Positions 39,240 through 51,141 of a stretch of 64,000 nt of DNA are shown one piece after another. Made by a program: the position numbers and the translations under genes. The notes beneath the pieces were generated by a model. The model had not been told where the DNA came from and did no database searches. It was given only the letters and a program-made list of their open reading frames with translations. The stretch is from Alphaproteobacteria bacterium (GTDB lineage: Bacteria; Pseudomonadota; Alphaproteobacteria; Bin95), in contig CBDBGH010000003.1 of the NCBI GenBank assembly GCA_965205265.1, forward strand, positions 928,001 to 992,000, read 5' to 3'. Every line of letters begins with the position of its first letter. Positions within the stretch are counted from its first letter, which is position 1.

Positions 39240-41494
39240 CGCGGACCGCCCCCCCGGACGCCTCGCGCCTGCTGCTGCAGCGCGTCCGCGAGGTGGCGGC
39301 GACCGTCGTGGACAAGCAGGACCGCCTGGACGGGATAACCGCGGAAATAGCGGATGTGATGGCGGCGGAGGTCTGTTCCATCTATATCCGCCACGGCGAC
39401 AACCGCCTGTGGCTGACGGCAACCAGGGGCCTGAATCCGGAGGCCGTCCACACCACGGCGCTTGCGGTCGGCGAGGGCCTTGTCGGGCTGGTCGCCGAGA
39501 GCGCCGAGCCGGTGAACCTGTCCGAGGCGACCGCGCACGAAAACTTCGCTTACCGGCCCGAAACCGGCGAGGAAGCCTTCCATTCCTTCGTCGGCGTGCC
39601 GCTGCTGCGCGGCGGCCTGGTCCTCGGCGTGCTGACCGTGCAGAACGTCCGGCCCCGGCTCTACACTGCGGACGAGGTCGAGGCCCTGCAGACCGTGGCC
39701 ATGCTGGTTGCGGAGCCTGCGGCTGCGCATGAACCGCCGGGCGAGGATATCGGCGAGGACCTGCGCCCCGTGCGTCTGGAAGGCAGGGTGCTGAATGCCG
39801 GCGTCGCGCTCGGCACGGCCCATATGCACGAGGCCCGGCTGCCCGTGCAGAGCATGGTGTCGGGCGCCGACGCCGCTGCGGAGATCGCGCGAGTGGACCA
39901 GGCCCTGGATGAAATGCACCGGGCGCTGGACGACCGCTTCCACGCGGCCGACCTTGCCGGGGAGGGCGAGCACCGGGAGGTGTTGCAGGCCTACCGGATG
40001 TTCGCCGAGGACCGGGGCTGGCTCTCGCGGATCCGGGAAGCGGTGCGCGGCGGGTTGAGCGCCGAAGGCGCCGTCGTGCGAATCCAGGAGCAGATGCGGG
40101 CCCGCATGCGGCAGATGCGCGATCCGTTCTTCCGCGAGCGCCTGCACGACCTCGACGACCTCAGCCACCGGCTGCTCGAGCATCTGGCCGGCGAGGCGGG
40201 CAGGATGCAGAAGGACGTGCTTCCCGGCGACGCGGTTCTGGTGGCCCGGAACATGGGGCCGGCCGAGCTGCTCGACTATCCGCGCGAAAGGCTGCGCGCC
40301 CTGCTGCTGGAAGAAGGGTCGCACACGGCGCATGTCGTCATCGTCGCGCGCGCGCTCGACATTCCCGTTCTGGGCGGGCTCAAGGACATCTCCGCCATAG
40401 CCGAAGGCGGCGACCGCGTCGCCGTGGACGGCGAGAACGGCCAGGTCTTCATTCGGCCCGGCGCGCAGGTCGAACAGAATTTCCTCCACGCCATGCAGAT
40501 GCGGGAGGAGCGCCGCGCGCAGTTCGCCGTGCTTCGGGACAAGGCCGCGCGCTCGGTCGACGGCGTGGAGGTGTCGCTCAATATCAATGCCGGCCTGTTG
40601 ATCGACATTCAGCAGGTCGCCGCCGTCGGCGCGGACGGCGTCGGCCTCTATCGCACGGAAATTCCCTTCATGGTCCGGTCGCGCTTCCCCGATGTGGAGG
40701 ACCAGCAACGCCTGTACAGCCGGGCGCTGGACCTGTCCGAAGGGAGGCCTCTGGTGTTCCGCACGCTCGATATCGGCGGCGACAAGGTCCTGCCCTACTG
40801 GCGGCAGGCGGAGGAGGAGAACCCCGCCATGGGCTGGCGGGCGCTGCGGCTCACGCTGGACCGGCCGCAAATGCTCCGCCAGCAGCTCCGGGCCATGGTG
40901 CGCGCGGCTGCGGGCCGCGACCTGCATGTCATGTTCCCGATGGTGGCCGAAGTCTCCGAGTTCGCGCGCGCCAGGGCGGCCCTGGACGCGGAGATCGACC
41001 GCGAGCGAAGGCAGGGCCGGGACGCTCCGGCAGCGGTTTTCGCCGGCGCCATGCTCGAGGTGCCGGCGCTGGTCTGGCAATTGCCGGCGCTGTTGCGGTT
41101 GACGGACTTCATTTCGGTCGGAAGCAACGACCTGCTGCAGTTCTTTTTCGCGGCCGACCGGGCAAATCCAAGGGTTTCGGGGCGGTACGACCTGCTTTCG
41201 CCGGCGGTGCTGGCGTTCTTTGCCCACATCGTGGACAGCGCCAAGGGCGCAAACCGGCCGATCGCATTTTGCGGAGAGATGGCCGGAGGGGTGCTGGAGG
41301 CGATGACCTTGATCGGCCTCGGTTTCCGGACGCTGTCGGTGGCGCCGGCTTCGGTGGGCCCGGTAAAGGCGATGCTGCGTGCGACCGAGGTTGCGCCGCT
41401 TGCAGACTATGTCCGGTCTCTTGCGGGCCTTCCGGATCGTACAGTCCGCGACAAATTGCGCGCCTATGCGCTCGACCATGACATTCCGTTGTAG
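39236..41494 (+). CDS. ptsP: PEP-protein phosphotransferase EI-Ntr
   Basis: N-terminal GAF (EVCSIY), SHTAHV, GVGLYRTE, RTLDIGGDK, ENPAMGWR, SVGSNDL. Confidence 0.95.
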   Translation: MTRTAPPDASRLLLQRVREVAATVVDKQDRLDGITAEIADVMAAEVCSIYIRHGDNRLWLTATRGLNPEAVHTTALAVGEGLVGLVAESAEPVNLSEATAHENFAYRPETGEEAFHSFVGVPLLRGGLVLGVLTVQNVRPRLYTADEVEALQTVAMLVAEPAAAHEPPGEDIGEDLRPVRLEGRVLNAGVALGTAHMHEARLPVQSMVSGADAAAEIARVDQALDEMHRALDDRFHAADLAGEGEHREVLQAYRMFAEDRGWLSRIREAVRGGLSAEGAVVRIQEQMRARMRQMRDPFFRERLHDLDDLSHRLLEHLAGEAGRMQKDVLPGDAVLVARNMGPAELLDYPRERLRALLLEEGSHTAHVVIVARALDIPVLGGLKDISAIAEGGDRVAVDGENGQVFIRPGAQVEQNFLHAMQMREERRAQFAVLRDKAARSVDGVEVSLNINAGLLIDIQQVAAVGADGVGLYRTEIPFMVRSRFPDVEDQQRLYSRALDLSEGRPLVFRTLDIGGDKVLPYWRQAEEENPAMGWRALRLTLDRPQMLRQQLRAMVRAAAGRDLHVMFPMVAEVSEFARARAALDAEIDRERRQGRDAPAAVFAGAMLEVPALVWQLPALLRLTDFISVGSNDLLQFFFAADRANPRVSGRYDLLSPAVLAFFAHIVDSAKGANRPIAFCGEMAGGVLEAMTLIGLGFRTLSVAPASVGPVKAMLRATEVAPLADYVRSLAGLPDRTVRDKLRAYALDHDIPL

Positions 41495-41569
41495 GGGTGG
41501 ATTTCGCGCTTGATTTGCGGCGACTCTGTCTGACATAATTCCGGATAAGGAGAGGAAGTTCGCGCGCCG

Positions 41570-42598
41570 ATGCAAAGTTCAGGTGGATGGCATGCGCGAT
41601 TGCGCGCAATTCGCATCCGGGCGAGAGGACGACGCAATGCGTCGTCGGAAGTATATGAGCTTCGTAACGAGGAAACCGTGGGCGCCTTTCTGCGGCGCTG
41701 CCGGCAGATGCGGCACGAAACGCTGAATCATGTCTCCCAGGCGTTACGCATACGAATACCTTACCTAAAAGCGATCGAAGAAGACGATTGGCGGGCGCTC
41801 CCTAATTCGGTTTATGCGCGGGCTTTTCTGCGCAGCTACGCCATCCATGTCGAGGCGGATCCGGACCAGGTGCTGGTCCGCGCGGAAGCGTGGCTCGACT
41901 CAAGACCCGGACCGGACACGCCGCTGCCGCCGTTGCCTGCGCGCGACCGGTCCCTTCCCGGCGGTGCGCTGATAGGGGCCTCGGTGCTGCTGGCGATCGC
42001 GGTTTATGCCGGCTGGTACTATTTCAGCGTCGAGCAACTGCGCGACGAGCGGGTGGTGGCCGCCATGCCGGAGCGGCTGGTGATGGAGCTTGCGCCGTCC
42101 GAGCGCGTGCTGGACATGCCTGCCGCCGTTTCGCGGCCGATCGGCGGCTCGCCGGGGCCGGCGGAGCGGCCGTCGGCGGCGGAAGACGCCGGGCAGGCGG
42201 CGTCCGACCCGGTCGAGGCCGACGACGAAGTGGCGCAAGGAGTAAGCCCGGGCCTGCCGGCCGTTGCCGCGACGAGGCCGGAAGAGCCCTCCGTTCGGGA
42301 GCGGGCGAACAACGGTGCATCCGCCGATGACGGCATCGTGTTCCACGCCGTCGAGCCCGCCTATATCGAGGTTCGCTCCGTCGAGACGAACGAAGTGCTG
42401 GTGGAGCGGCTTCTGGGCGCGGGCGAACGGTATCGGGCGCCGGAAGGCCGCGGGCTGGTTCTGAGCGTCGGCAATGCCGGAGGGCTGGAAATTACGGTGG
42501 ACGGTATCCAGATTCCGAAGCTCGGCGAGTCGGGTGCCGTGGTGCGCCAGGTTCCGATAGACGCCGAACTGCTGCTGCGAGGGCGGACCGGAGGCTGA
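41570..42598 (+). CDS. rodZ: RodZ-like protein (HTH, TM helix, C-terminal domain); start uncertain
   Basis: LRIRIPYLKAIE, YARAFLRSYA, one TM helix, GNAGGLEI; between ptsP and ispG. Confidence 0.8.
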   Translation: MQSSGGWHARLRAIRIRARGRRNASSEVYELRNEETVGAFLRRCRQMRHETLNHVSQALRIRIPYLKAIEEDDWRALPNSVYARAFLRSYAIHVEADPDQVLVRAEAWLDSRPGPDTPLPPLPARDRSLPGGALIGASVLLAIAVYAGWYYFSVEQLRDERVVAAMPERLVMELAPSERVLDMPAAVSRPIGGSPGPAERPSAAEDAGQAASDPVEADDEVAQGVSPGLPAVAATRPEEPSVRERANNGASADDGIVFHAVEPAYIEVRSVETNEVLVERLLGAGERYRAPEGRGLVLSVGNAGGLEITVDGIQIPKLGESGAVVRQVPIDAELLLRGRTGG

Positions 42599-42655
42599 CG
42601 GGCCCTTTCCGGCGCGGGAAGCGGCCGATGGAAACAAGCATCCCGAAGGTGCTGA

Positions 42656-43771
42656 ATGAGCGTTCGTCCATATCGTGACATTTATCGCCGGACCTCCCGG
42701 AAAATCCGGGTCGGGCCGGTCGAGGTCGGCGGCGATGCCCCGATCAGCGTCCAGACCATGACCAACACGCCGACCGGCGATGTCGCCGCGACGATCGCGC
42801 AGGTGCGCCGGGCCGCGCTGGCCGGCGCGGACATCGTCCGGGTGTCCTGTCCCGACGAGGAGAGCACCGCGGCGCTGGCGCAGATCGTGCCGGAAGCCGG
42901 CGTTCCCATCGTTGCCGACATCCACTTCCACTACCGCCGGGCCATCGAGGCGGCGAAGGCCGGAGCGGCCTGCCTGCGCATCAATCCCGGCAATATCGGC
43001 TCGGCCGCACGCGTGCGCGAGGTGGTCCAGGCGGCGAAGGACCACGGCTGCTCGATGCGGATCGGCGTCAATGCCGGCAGCCTCGAGCGCCACCTGCTGG
43101 AGAAATACGCAGAGCCCTGCCCGGAGGCGCTGGTCGAAAGCGCGCTGGAACACGCCCGCATTCTGGAAGACAACGACTTCTTCGAGTTCAAGATCAGCGT
43201 GAAGGCGTCCGACATCTTCCTGGCGACGGCCGCCTATCACGGGCTTGCGGAGGCCTGCGACTATCCCCTGCACATCGGCATAACCGAGGCGGGCGGCCTG
43301 CGCACCGGCACGGTCAAGTCCGCCATCGGGCTCGGCTCGCTGCTATGGGCGGGAATCGGCGATACGGTGCGCGTCTCGTTGTCGGCGGACCCGGACGAGG
43401 AGGTTCGCGCCGGCTTCGAAATTCTCAAGGCCCTCGGCCTGCGCCACCGCGGCGTCAATATCGTGTCCTGCCCGTCCTGCGCCCGGCAGCAGTTCGAGGT
43501 CATCGAGACGGTGGCCGTGCTCGAACAACGGCTCGCCCACATCACGACGCCGATGACGGTTTCGGTCATCGGCTGCGTCGTCAACGGCCCGGGCGAGGCG
43601 CGCGAAACGGATATCGGCATCACCGGCGGCGGCAAGGGCACGCATATGGTCTATGTGGCCGGCCTGCCGCATCACCGCATCCAGAACACCGATGTCGTGG
43701 ACCATCTCGTCGGGCTCATCGAGGAAAAGGCCCGGGAAATCGAAGCCGAGCGGGCGCAAGAGGCGGCCTGA
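42656..43771 (+). CDS. ispG: 4-hydroxy-3-methylbut-2-en-1-yl diphosphate synthase
   Basis: [43 protein letters not shown]. Confidence 0.97.
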   Translation: MSVRPYRDIYRRTSRKIRVGPVEVGGDAPISVQTMTNTPTGDVAATIAQVRRAALAGADIVRVSCPDEESTAALAQIVPEAGVPIVADIHFHYRRAIEAAKAGAACLRINPGNIGSAARVREVVQAAKDHGCSMRIGVNAGSLERHLLEKYAEPCPEALVESALEHARILEDNDFFEFKISVKASDIFLATAAYHGLAEACDYPLHIGITEAGGLRTGTVKSAIGLGSLLWAGIGDTVRVSLSADPDEEVRAGFEILKALGLRHRGVNIVSCPSCARQQFEVIETVAVLEQRLAHITTPMTVSVIGCVVNGPGEARETDIGITGGGKGTHMVYVAGLPHHRIQNTDVVDHLVGLIEEKAREIEAERAQEAA

Positions 43772-45009
43772 TGGCGAAGCTTCGTGCCGTTCGCGGCACC
43801 CAGGACCTGCTGCCGGAAGCCTGGGAGCGCCACCGCCATGTCGAGGAGACGGCGCGGCGCGTGACGGCCCTGTTCAACTATCGCAGCGTGGCGACGCCGG
43901 TCTTCGAGTTCACGGAGGTGTTCGCGCGCACGCTCGGCGAGACGTCCGATGTCGTCACCAAGGAGATGTACACCTTCGCCGACAAGGGCGGCGACAGCCT
44001 GACGCTTCGCCCGGAAAACACCGCGGGCGTGGCGCGCGCCTTCATCTCCGGCAATCTCCAGCAGCAGCTGCCGCTCAAATACTTCTACAGCGGGCCGATG
44101 TTCCGCCATGAGCGCCCGCAGAAGGGGCGGCTGCGCCAGTTCCACCAGATCGGCATCGAAGTGCTGGGAGTCGCGGGGCCGGCGGCGGATATCGAGGTCG
44201 TCCAGGCGGGGGCGCATGTGCTCGATGCGCTCGGGGTCCGGGGCCTCACGCGCCTGGAGTTGAACACGCTCGGCGATCCCGACAGCCGGACGGCCTATCG
44301 CGAGGCGCTGGTCGCCTATTTCTCCCGCCGCGAATCGGAGCTTTCGGAGGAGGGGCGGAGCCGCCTCAAGCGCAATCCGCTGCGCCTGCTCGATTCCAAG
44401 GACGAACGCGACAGGGCCGTCTCGGCGGACGCGCCCCGCTACGACGACTACCTGAACGGGTTGTCCGCGGATTTCTTCGCCGAGGTCTGCGAAGGGCTGG
44501 ATGCGCTCGGCATTGCCTATGTTCGCAATCCCCGCCTCGTGCGGGGGCTGGACTATTACGGGCACACGGCCTTCGAGTTCACCACCGACGCGCTCGGTGC
44601 CCAGGGCGCGGTCATAGCAGGCGGACGCTATGACGGCCTGGTCGCCACGATGGGCGGGCCGCCGACGCCGGGCATCGGTTGGGCGGGCGGCATCGAGCGC
44701 CTGGCGATGCTGACGACCGACTATCCGGAAGCCTCTCCGGTGGTCTCGCTCGTGCCGGTCGGGCCGGCGGCCGAGAAGCGGGCGCTGCCGCTTGCCGATG
44801 CGCTGCGGCGGGCGGGCGTCGCCGTAGATCTGGGTATGTCGGGAAACCTCAAGCGCCGCATGCAGCAGGCGAACCGCGCCGGCGCCCGGGTGGCGGTGCT
44901 GCTCGGCGACGACGAACTGGCCAAAGACGTTGCGACCGTTCGCGACATGGAGAGCGGGGAGCAGCGGGAAATCCCGATTGACCGGCTGGCGGCTGCGCTG
45001 GCTCCATGA
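43771..45009 (+). CDS. hisS: histidine--tRNA ligase
   Basis: [36 protein letters not shown]. Confidence 0.97.
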   Translation: MAKLRAVRGTQDLLPEAWERHRHVEETARRVTALFNYRSVATPVFEFTEVFARTLGETSDVVTKEMYTFADKGGDSLTLRPENTAGVARAFISGNLQQQLPLKYFYSGPMFRHERPQKGRLRQFHQIGIEVLGVAGPAADIEVVQAGAHVLDALGVRGLTRLELNTLGDPDSRTAYREALVAYFSRRESELSEEGRSRLKRNPLRLLDSKDERDRAVSADAPRYDDYLNGLSADFFAEVCEGLDALGIAYVRNPRLVRGLDYYGHTAFEFTTDALGAQGAVIAGGRYDGLVATMGGPPTPGIGWAGGIERLAMLTTDYPEASPVVSLVPVGPAAEKRALPLADALRRAGVAVDLGMSGNLKRRMQQANRAGARVAVLLGDDELAKDVATVRDMESGEQREIPIDRLAAALAP

Positions 45010-46064
45010 GCCTCGACGACAAGCTCGACGCCATTCTCGCCCGCCATGCGGAAGTCGGCGCGCGCCTCTCGACGGGCGAGGTGCCCTCCGGCGAACTCGC
45101 GGCCCTGTCGAAGGAGTATTCCGACCTCTCGACCGTCGCCGCGGCGATCGGGGAGCGCCGGGAGCTGGAGCGCGAGGCGGCCGACCTCGAGGCGATGCTG
45201 GAAGACGACGAGCTCGGCGAGCTGGCGGCTTCGGAACTGCCGGAGCTGCGCGACCGGCTGGCGGAGGCCGAACGCGCGCTGCAGGTTCTGCTGCTGCCCC
45301 GCGACGAAGCCGATGCGCGCAGCGCCATCGTCGAGGTGCGCGCCGGCACGGGCGGCGACGAGGCGGCGCTCTTCGCCGGCGACCTGCTGGCGATGTACCG
45401 CCGCTATGCGGAGATGCGGCGCTGGAAGGTGGAGATGCTCTCGCACTCGCAAACGCCGCTCGGCGGCTGCAAGGAGGCGGTGATGTCGGTCGCCGGCAGG
45501 GACGTTTTCGCGCGCCTGAAATACGAGTCCGGCACGCATCGCGTCCAGCGGGTGCCGGAGACCGAAAGCCAGGGCCGCATCCACACCTCGGCCGCCACGG
45601 TGGCGGTGCTGCCGGAGGCCGAGGAGGTCGATGTGCAGATCGACGAGAAGGACCTGAAGGTCGATACCTACCGCTCGCAGGGCGCCGGCGGGCAGCATGT
45701 CAACACCACCGATTCGGCCGTGCGGATCACGCACCTGCCGACCGGCATCGTCGTGCAGCAGCAGGACGAGAAGTCCCAGCACAAGAACCGCGCGCGGGCG
45801 ATGAAGGTGCTGCGCGCCCGCCTCTACGAGCATGAGCGCGCCCAGGCCGAGGCCGAGCGCGCGGCGGAGCGGCGCAGCCAGGTCGGCACGGGCGACCGCT
45901 CGCAGCGCATCCGCACCTATAACTTCCCCCAGGGCCGCGTGACCGACCACCGCATCAACCTCACGCTCTACAAGCTCGACCGGGTCATCCAGGGCGAGCT
46001 GGACGAGCTGATAGAAGCGCTTGCGGCCGAGGACGAAGCGGCCCGCATTGCGCAACTGTCGTGA
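45006..46064 (+). CDS. prfA: peptide chain release factor 1
   Basis: [17 protein letters not shown] (PxT), [17 protein letters not shown]. Confidence 0.97.
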   Translation: MSLDDKLDAILARHAEVGARLSTGEVPSGELAALSKEYSDLSTVAAAIGERRELEREAADLEAMLEDDELGELAASELPELRDRLAEAERALQVLLLPRDEADARSAIVEVRAGTGGDEAALFAGDLLAMYRRYAEMRRWKVEMLSHSQTPLGGCKEAVMSVAGRDVFARLKYESGTHRVQRVPETESQGRIHTSAATVAVLPEAEEVDVQIDEKDLKVDTYRSQGAGGQHVNTTDSAVRITHLPTGIVVQQQDEKSQHKNRARAMKVLRARLYEHERAQAEAERAAERRSQVGTGDRSQRIRTYNFPQGRVTDHRINLTLYKLDRVIQGELDELIEALAAEDEAARIAQLS

Positions 46065-46876
46065 GCGCCGCGCCCCGGCAGGGCCGGGCCCGGCTGGCGG
46101 CGCTGGCGGAACGGCTGGCGGCGGCCGGCATCGACGAGCCCCGGCGCGAATTACGGCTGCTCCAGCTCGAAGCCGGCGGCGCTGCCTCGCTCGCCGACTG
46201 GCCGGACAGCCCGCATCCTGGCCTGGAGGCGCTGACGGCCCGCCGGGCGGCGCGCGAGCCCTTCTCCCGCATTGTCGGCCGGCGGGAGTTCTGGAGCCGC
46301 GACTTCCTGCTGACGCCGGAGACTTTCGACCCCCGCCCCGACAGCGAGACGGTGGTCGAGGCGGCGCTGGCGGCCATGCCGTCCTTCGCCGCCGTGCTGG
46401 ACCTCGGCACCGGCAGCGGCTGCCTGCTGGCGGCGCTGCTCGCCGAGCGGCCGGAGGCGCGGGGGCTCGGCATCGACCGTTCGCCGGGCGCCTGCCGGGC
46501 GGCGCGGCGGAACCTGGCGGGCCTGCCGGCCGCGGTCGCGGTGGGAGACTGGGGAAGCGCGGTGGCGGGCCGGTTCGACCTCGTGGTCTCGAATCCGCCC
46601 TATATCCCGAGCGCGGACATCGCGGCGCTCATGCCGGAAGTCCGGGACCACGACCCCCGGCTCGCGCTCGACGGCGGCGCGGACGGCCTCGGCGCCTACC
46701 GCGCCATTCTGGCGGACCTTCCGCGCCTGCTGCCTCCTGCCGGGGTTGCGGTGCTGGAACTGGGTTTCGGACAGGCCGGCGCCGTTTCTGAACTCGCCGG
46801 AGCGCAGGGGTTTCGGGTCCAGGACATCCGCGCCGACCTTGGCGGGATTCCTCGTGCCATGGTCCTTGGATTATGA
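46061..46876 (+). CDS. prmC: release factor glutamine methyltransferase
   Basis: [27 protein letters not shown]. Confidence 0.95.
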   Translation: MSAAPRQGRARLAALAERLAAAGIDEPRRELRLLQLEAGGAASLADWPDSPHPGLEALTARRAAREPFSRIVGRREFWSRDFLLTPETFDPRPDSETVVEAALAAMPSFAAVLDLGTGSGCLLAALLAERPEARGLGIDRSPGACRAARRNLAGLPAAVAVGDWGSAVAGRFDLVVSNPPYIPSADIAALMPEVRDHDPRLALDGGADGLGAYRAILADLPRLLPPAGVAVLELGFGQAGAVSELAGAQGFRVQDIRADLGGIPRAMVLGL

Positions 46877-46886
46877 TCGGCTGACC

Positions 46887-48026
46887 ATGGATTTCGCGCT
46901 TTCCGAAGACCAGCAGGCCTTCCAGGAAGCCGCCCGGCGCTTCGCGGAGGACGTGTTCGCGCCCAATGCCGCGCGCTGGGATGCGGAGTGCATCTTTCCC
47001 AAGGCCGAATTGCGCGAGGCGGCGGCGCTCGGCTTCGGCGGCCTCTATGTGCGCGAGGATTTCGGCGGCACGGGCCTCGGGCGAACGGACGCGGCCGTCG
47101 TGTTCGAGGAACTCGCGGCCGGCTGCACCTCCACCGCGGCCTATATCTCGATCCACAACATGGCCGCCTGGATGATCGACCGCTTCGGCGATGATGGACT
47201 GCGCGAGCGCCTGCTGCCGGACCTCTGCTCCATGGCCAGGCTGGCGAGCTATGCGCTGACCGAGCCCGGCGCCGGGTCGGACGCGGCGGCGCTGGCGACG
47301 CGCGCGGCGCGCGACGGGGACGACTATGTCCTGAACGGCTCCAAGGCGTTCATCTCCGGGGCGTCCGAGACCGATGTCATCGTCTGCATGGTGCGCACGG
47401 GCGGCGAGGGGCCGAACGGCATCACCTGCCTCGCGATAGAGGCGGACTCTCCCGGCCTGTCCTACGGCGCGCAGGAAAAGAAGCTCGGCTGGAACTCGCA
47501 GCCGACGGCCATGGTGCTATTCGACGACTGCCGCGTGCCCGCGGCGAACCGGGTCGGCAGGGAAGGCGACGGCTTCCGGATCGCCATGGCGGGCCTGGAC
47601 GGGGGCCGGATCAACATCGCCGCCTGCTCGATAGGCGCGGCGCGGGCCTCGATGGAGGCGGCGGCCGGCCATATGGGCGAGCGCAAGGCCTTCGGACGGC
47701 GGCTCGCCGATTTCCAGGCGCTCCAGTTCAAGTTGGCGGACATGGCGACCGATCTCGACGCGGCGCGCCTGATGACCTGGCGGGCGGCGGCGGCGCTCGA
47801 CGCCGGGGACCCGGACGCCACCCGCTATTGCGCCATGGCGAAGCGCTTCGCCACGGACGCCGGCTTCGAGATCTGCAATGCGGCGCTGCAGCTCCACGGC
47901 GGCTACGGCTATCTGAAGGACTACCCGCTGGAGCGTTTCCTGCGCGACACGCGGGTCCACCAGATCCTCGAAGGCACCAACGAGATCATGCGCCTGATTA
48001 TCGCGCGCAAGCTGCTGGAGCGATGA
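46887..48026 (+). CDS. acyl-CoA dehydrogenase (isobutyryl-CoA dehydrogenase type)
   Basis: [44 protein letters not shown]. Confidence 0.9.
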   Translation: MDFALSEDQQAFQEAARRFAEDVFAPNAARWDAECIFPKAELREAAALGFGGLYVREDFGGTGLGRTDAAVVFEELAAGCTSTAAYISIHNMAAWMIDRFGDDGLRERLLPDLCSMARLASYALTEPGAGSDAAALATRAARDGDDYVLNGSKAFISGASETDVIVCMVRTGGEGPNGITCLAIEADSPGLSYGAQEKKLGWNSQPTAMVLFDDCRVPAANRVGREGDGFRIAMAGLDGGRINIAACSIGAARASMEAAAGHMGERKAFGRRLADFQALQFKLADMATDLDAARLMTWRAAAALDAGDPDATRYCAMAKRFATDAGFEICNAALQLHGGYGYLKDYPLERFLRDTRVHQILEGTNEIMRLIIARKLLER

Positions 48027-49114
48027 AAGACGACATATTGTTCGACCGCAGGGGCGGCCTCGGCCTCGTCCTGCTGAACCGCCCGAAGGCCCTGAATGCG
48101 CTCACCCTGGAAATGGTGGACGCCTTCGACCGGCAATTGCTGGCCTGGGCGGAGGACGCCGCTGTGCGCGCCGTGGTCGCGGAAGGGGCGGGCGAACGCG
48201 CGTTTGCCGCCGGCGGCGACATCCAGAGGCTCGCGCAGGCGGGCCGGGCCGGCGACCCCTATACCAGCACGTTCTTCTGGGACGAATACATCCTCGACTG
48301 GCGGGTGTTCCATTACCCGAAGCCCTATGTCGCGCTGATCGACGGCATCGCGATGGGCGGCGGCGTCGGGGTTTCGGTGCTCGGCTCGCACCGCGTGGCG
48401 ACCGAACGCACGGTATTCGCCATGCCGGAGACCGGCATCGGCTTCTTTCCCGATGTCGGCGCAACATGGTTCCTGCCCCGCCTGCCGGGCCGGCTCGGGC
48501 TCTATCTCGCGCTCACGGGCGCCCGGCTCGGCGGGGCGGACAGCTACCATGCCGGCATCGCGACCCATTATGTGCCGAGCGCGCGGCTGGAGGAGTTGAA
48601 AGCCGCGCTGGCCGCCGCTCCGCTCGACGGCGAGGATATCGAGGTCAACCACGCCGAGGTGAGCGCGGTGCTGGACCGCTTCTCCGAGAACCCCGGCCCG
48701 CCTCCCATCGCGCAGGTGCGCGCTGCGATGGAGCGCTGCTTCTCGCAGCCGTCGGTCGAGGCGGTGCTGGAGGCCCTGGAAGGCGAGGGCGGCGAATGGG
48801 CGGAGAAGACCCGCAAGGCCATGCTGGCCAAGGCGCCGACCTCGCTCAAGGTGGCGTTCGAGCAATACCGGCGCGGCGGCGGGCTCGAATTCGACGCCGC
48901 GCTTGCGCTGGAATACCGCATGTCGCAGGCGTTCATGCGGGGCCACGATTTCTTCGAGGGTGTGCGCGCGCTCATCCTCGACAAGGACAACCGCCCGGCC
49001 TGGCGGCCGGCGGCGCTTTCCGGGGTGACGGCCGACTCGGTGGCAGGCTATTTCTCTCCGGCGGACGAGGAACTGGCATTCGACAATCCCGTTCGCCGCT
49101 TCGGCCGGGTATGA
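48023..49114 (+). CDS. 3-hydroxyisobutyryl-CoA hydrolase-like crotonase
   Basis: [43 protein letters not shown]. Confidence 0.9.
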   Translation: MKDDILFDRRGGLGLVLLNRPKALNALTLEMVDAFDRQLLAWAEDAAVRAVVAEGAGERAFAAGGDIQRLAQAGRAGDPYTSTFFWDEYILDWRVFHYPKPYVALIDGIAMGGGVGVSVLGSHRVATERTVFAMPETGIGFFPDVGATWFLPRLPGRLGLYLALTGARLGGADSYHAGIATHYVPSARLEELKAALAAAPLDGEDIEVNHAEVSAVLDRFSENPGPPPIAQVRAAMERCFSQPSVEAVLEALEGEGGEWAEKTRKAMLAKAPTSLKVAFEQYRRGGGLEFDAALALEYRMSQAFMRGHDFFEGVRALILDKDNRPAWRPAALSGVTADSVAGYFSPADEELAFDNPVRRFGRV

Positions 49115-49126
49115 GGAGCTGACGGA

Positions 49127-50017
49127 ATGGCGCGGATCGCATTTATCGGGGTCGGCAATATGGGCGGCCCCATGGCCCGAAACCTGATGACGGCCCAGCA
49201 TGCCGTGACCGCCTGGGACCCGGTGGATGCGGCGCTCGACGCCGTCGTCGAGGCGGGTGCTGCGCGGGCGGCTTCGGCGGCCGCGGCCGTCAAGGGTGCG
49301 GAGGCGGTCGTCACCATGGTACCGGCGGGGCCGGAGGTGCGCGAGGTCTATCTGGGCGCGGGCGGGGTTCTGGCGGCGGCGGAGCCGGGAACGCTCCTGA
49401 TCGACTGCTCGACCATCGATGTCGCCACCTCGCGCGACGTTGCGGAGGAAGCGGCGGCGCGGGGCTTCGAGATGGTCGACGCGCCGGTCTCCGGCGGCAC
49501 CGGGGGGGCCATTGCGGGCACGCTCACCTTCATGGTCGGCGGGCCGGATGCGGCCTTCGAGAAGGCCCGCCCGATCCTGGAGCATATGGGCGCGCGGATC
49601 GTGCATTGCGGGCCTGCCGGCAACGGCCAGGCGGCGAAGGTCTGCAACAACATGATGCTGGCGGTCAGCATGCTGGGCGTCTGCGAAGGGTTCACGCTCG
49701 CGGACAATCTGGGCCTCGACCGCCAGACGCTCTTCGATGTCGTCGCGAATTCCTCCGGCCAGAGCTGGGCGGTGACGAGTTACTGCCCGGTGCCGGGCCC
49801 GGTGCCGGCTTCGCCGGCGAACAACGGTTTCCAGCCGGGCTTCACCGCCGACATGATGGTCAAGGACCTGCGCCTCGCCAGGGACGCCGCGATGAAGAGC
49901 GGCACCGGCACGCCGATGGGCGCGCTCGCCGAGGCGCTGATGGCGCTGCATGTGGCCGGGGGCAACGGCCCGCGCGACTTCTCCTCGATCATCGAGACCA
50001 TCCGCGCCGGCGGCTGA
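49127..50017 (+). CDS. mmsB: 3-hydroxyisobutyrate dehydrogenase
   Basis: FIGVGNMG, DCSTID, DAPVSGG, LTFMVGG, AAKVCNNM, DFSSI. Confidence 0.93.
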   Translation: MARIAFIGVGNMGGPMARNLMTAQHAVTAWDPVDAALDAVVEAGAARAASAAAAVKGAEAVVTMVPAGPEVREVYLGAGGVLAAAEPGTLLIDCSTIDVATSRDVAEEAAARGFEMVDAPVSGGTGGAIAGTLTFMVGGPDAAFEKARPILEHMGARIVHCGPAGNGQAAKVCNNMMLAVSMLGVCEGFTLADNLGLDRQTLFDVVANSSGQSWAVTSYCPVPGPVPASPANNGFQPGFTADMMVKDLRLARDAAMKSGTGTPMGALAEALMALHVAGGNGPRDFSSIIETIRAGG

Positions 50018-50034
50018 GGGACGGGGGGAAGAGC

Positions 50035-51141
50035 GTGAAGACGGTCGTCAACAGCTGGAACGAGTGGGACCCGCTGCGCCATGTCATCGTCGGGCGGGCG
50101 GACGGTTGCTGCATTCCGCCGCCGGAGCCCGCGAGCGATCCGAAAATCCCGCTGGACAGCGACATGCGCGGCGTTCACGGGCCCCGCTCGCAGGAGACCG
50201 TGGACAGGGCGAACGAGCAGTTGGATGCCTTCGCCGCCATGCTGGAGAAGCGCGGCATCCGGGTGGACCGTCCGGACCCCATAGACTTCAACCGGGCCAT
50301 TGCGACCCCGGACTGGAGCCACGGATCGATGTTCGGCTGCCAGCCGCCGCGCGACGTGCTGCTGACGGTCGGCTCCGAGATGCTCGAAGCGACCATGTCC
50401 TACCGCTCGCGCTGGTTCGAATATCTCTGCTACCGCCCGTTGCTGAAGCGCTTCTGGGACGAGGACCCGAACATGCGCCATGAGGCGGCGCCGAAGCCGC
50501 GCCTCACGGACGCCTCCTACAAGCCGGACTATCTCTCCGACGACATCACCATTGAGGAGCGCCTGGAGATGGTGGCGGCGAAGGATTTCGTCACCACCGA
50601 GGCGGAGCCGCTGTTCGACGCGGCCGACGTGCTGCGTTTCGGGCGCGACCTCTTCGTCCAGCACGGCTTCACCACGAACCTCACCGGCATCGAATGGCTG
50701 CGCCGGCACTTCCCGGACCACCGCGTCCATGCGCTCAACTTTCCGGGCGACCCCTATCCGATCCATATCGATGCGAGCTTCACGCCGCTCCGGCCGGGCC
50801 TCGTCCTCAACAATCCGGAGCGCCGTCTGCCGGACGAGCAGCGCGAGGTCTTCCACCGTAACGGCTGGGAGATCGTGGACGCGGCCCGCCCGGCGCATAA
50901 CAGCCCGCCGCCGCTCTGCTATTCGAGCGTGTGGCTGTCGATGAACGTGCTGGTGCTGGACCCGAAGACGGTCTGCGTGGAGGCGAGCGAGGTCCACCAG
51001 ATGGACCAGATCGACAGGCTGGGCCTGGAGGTGGTGCCGGTCCCCTTCCGCGACGCCTATGCCTTCGGCGGCGGCCTTCACTGCGCGACGGCGGATGTGC
51101 GGCGCGAGGGCAATTGCGAGGATTATTTCCCGGCAGGCTGA
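50035..51141 (+). CDS. amidinotransferase (L-arginine:glycine amidinotransferase family)
   Basis: VNSWNEWDPL, PRDV, RWFEY, FDAAD, IHIDA, GGGLHCAT. Confidence 0.9.
   Translation: MKTVVNSWNEWDPLRHVIVGRADGCCIPPPEPASDPKIPLDSDMRGVHGPRSQETVDRANEQLDAFAAMLEKRGIRVDRPDPIDFNRAIATPDWSHGSMFGCQPPRDVLLTVGSEMLEATMSYRSRWFEYLCYRPLLKRFWDEDPNMRHEAAPKPRLTDASYKPDYLSDDITIEERLEMVAAKDFVTTEAEPLFDAADVLRFGRDLFVQHGFTTNLTGIEWLRRHFPDHRVHALNFPGDPYPIHIDASFTPLRPGLVLNNPERRLPDEQREVFHRNGWEIVDAARPAHNSPPPLCYSSVWLSMNVLVLDPKTVCVEASEVHQMDQIDRLGLEVVPVPFRDAYAFGGGLHCATADVRREGNCEDYFPAG

Noticed and set aside
36920-41575. Upstream part of the 1901-aa minus-strand ORF
   Set aside because: Antisense shadow of lysC, the flavin oxidoreductase and ptsP in high-GC DNA; only 35870-36919 has recognisable protein motifs.
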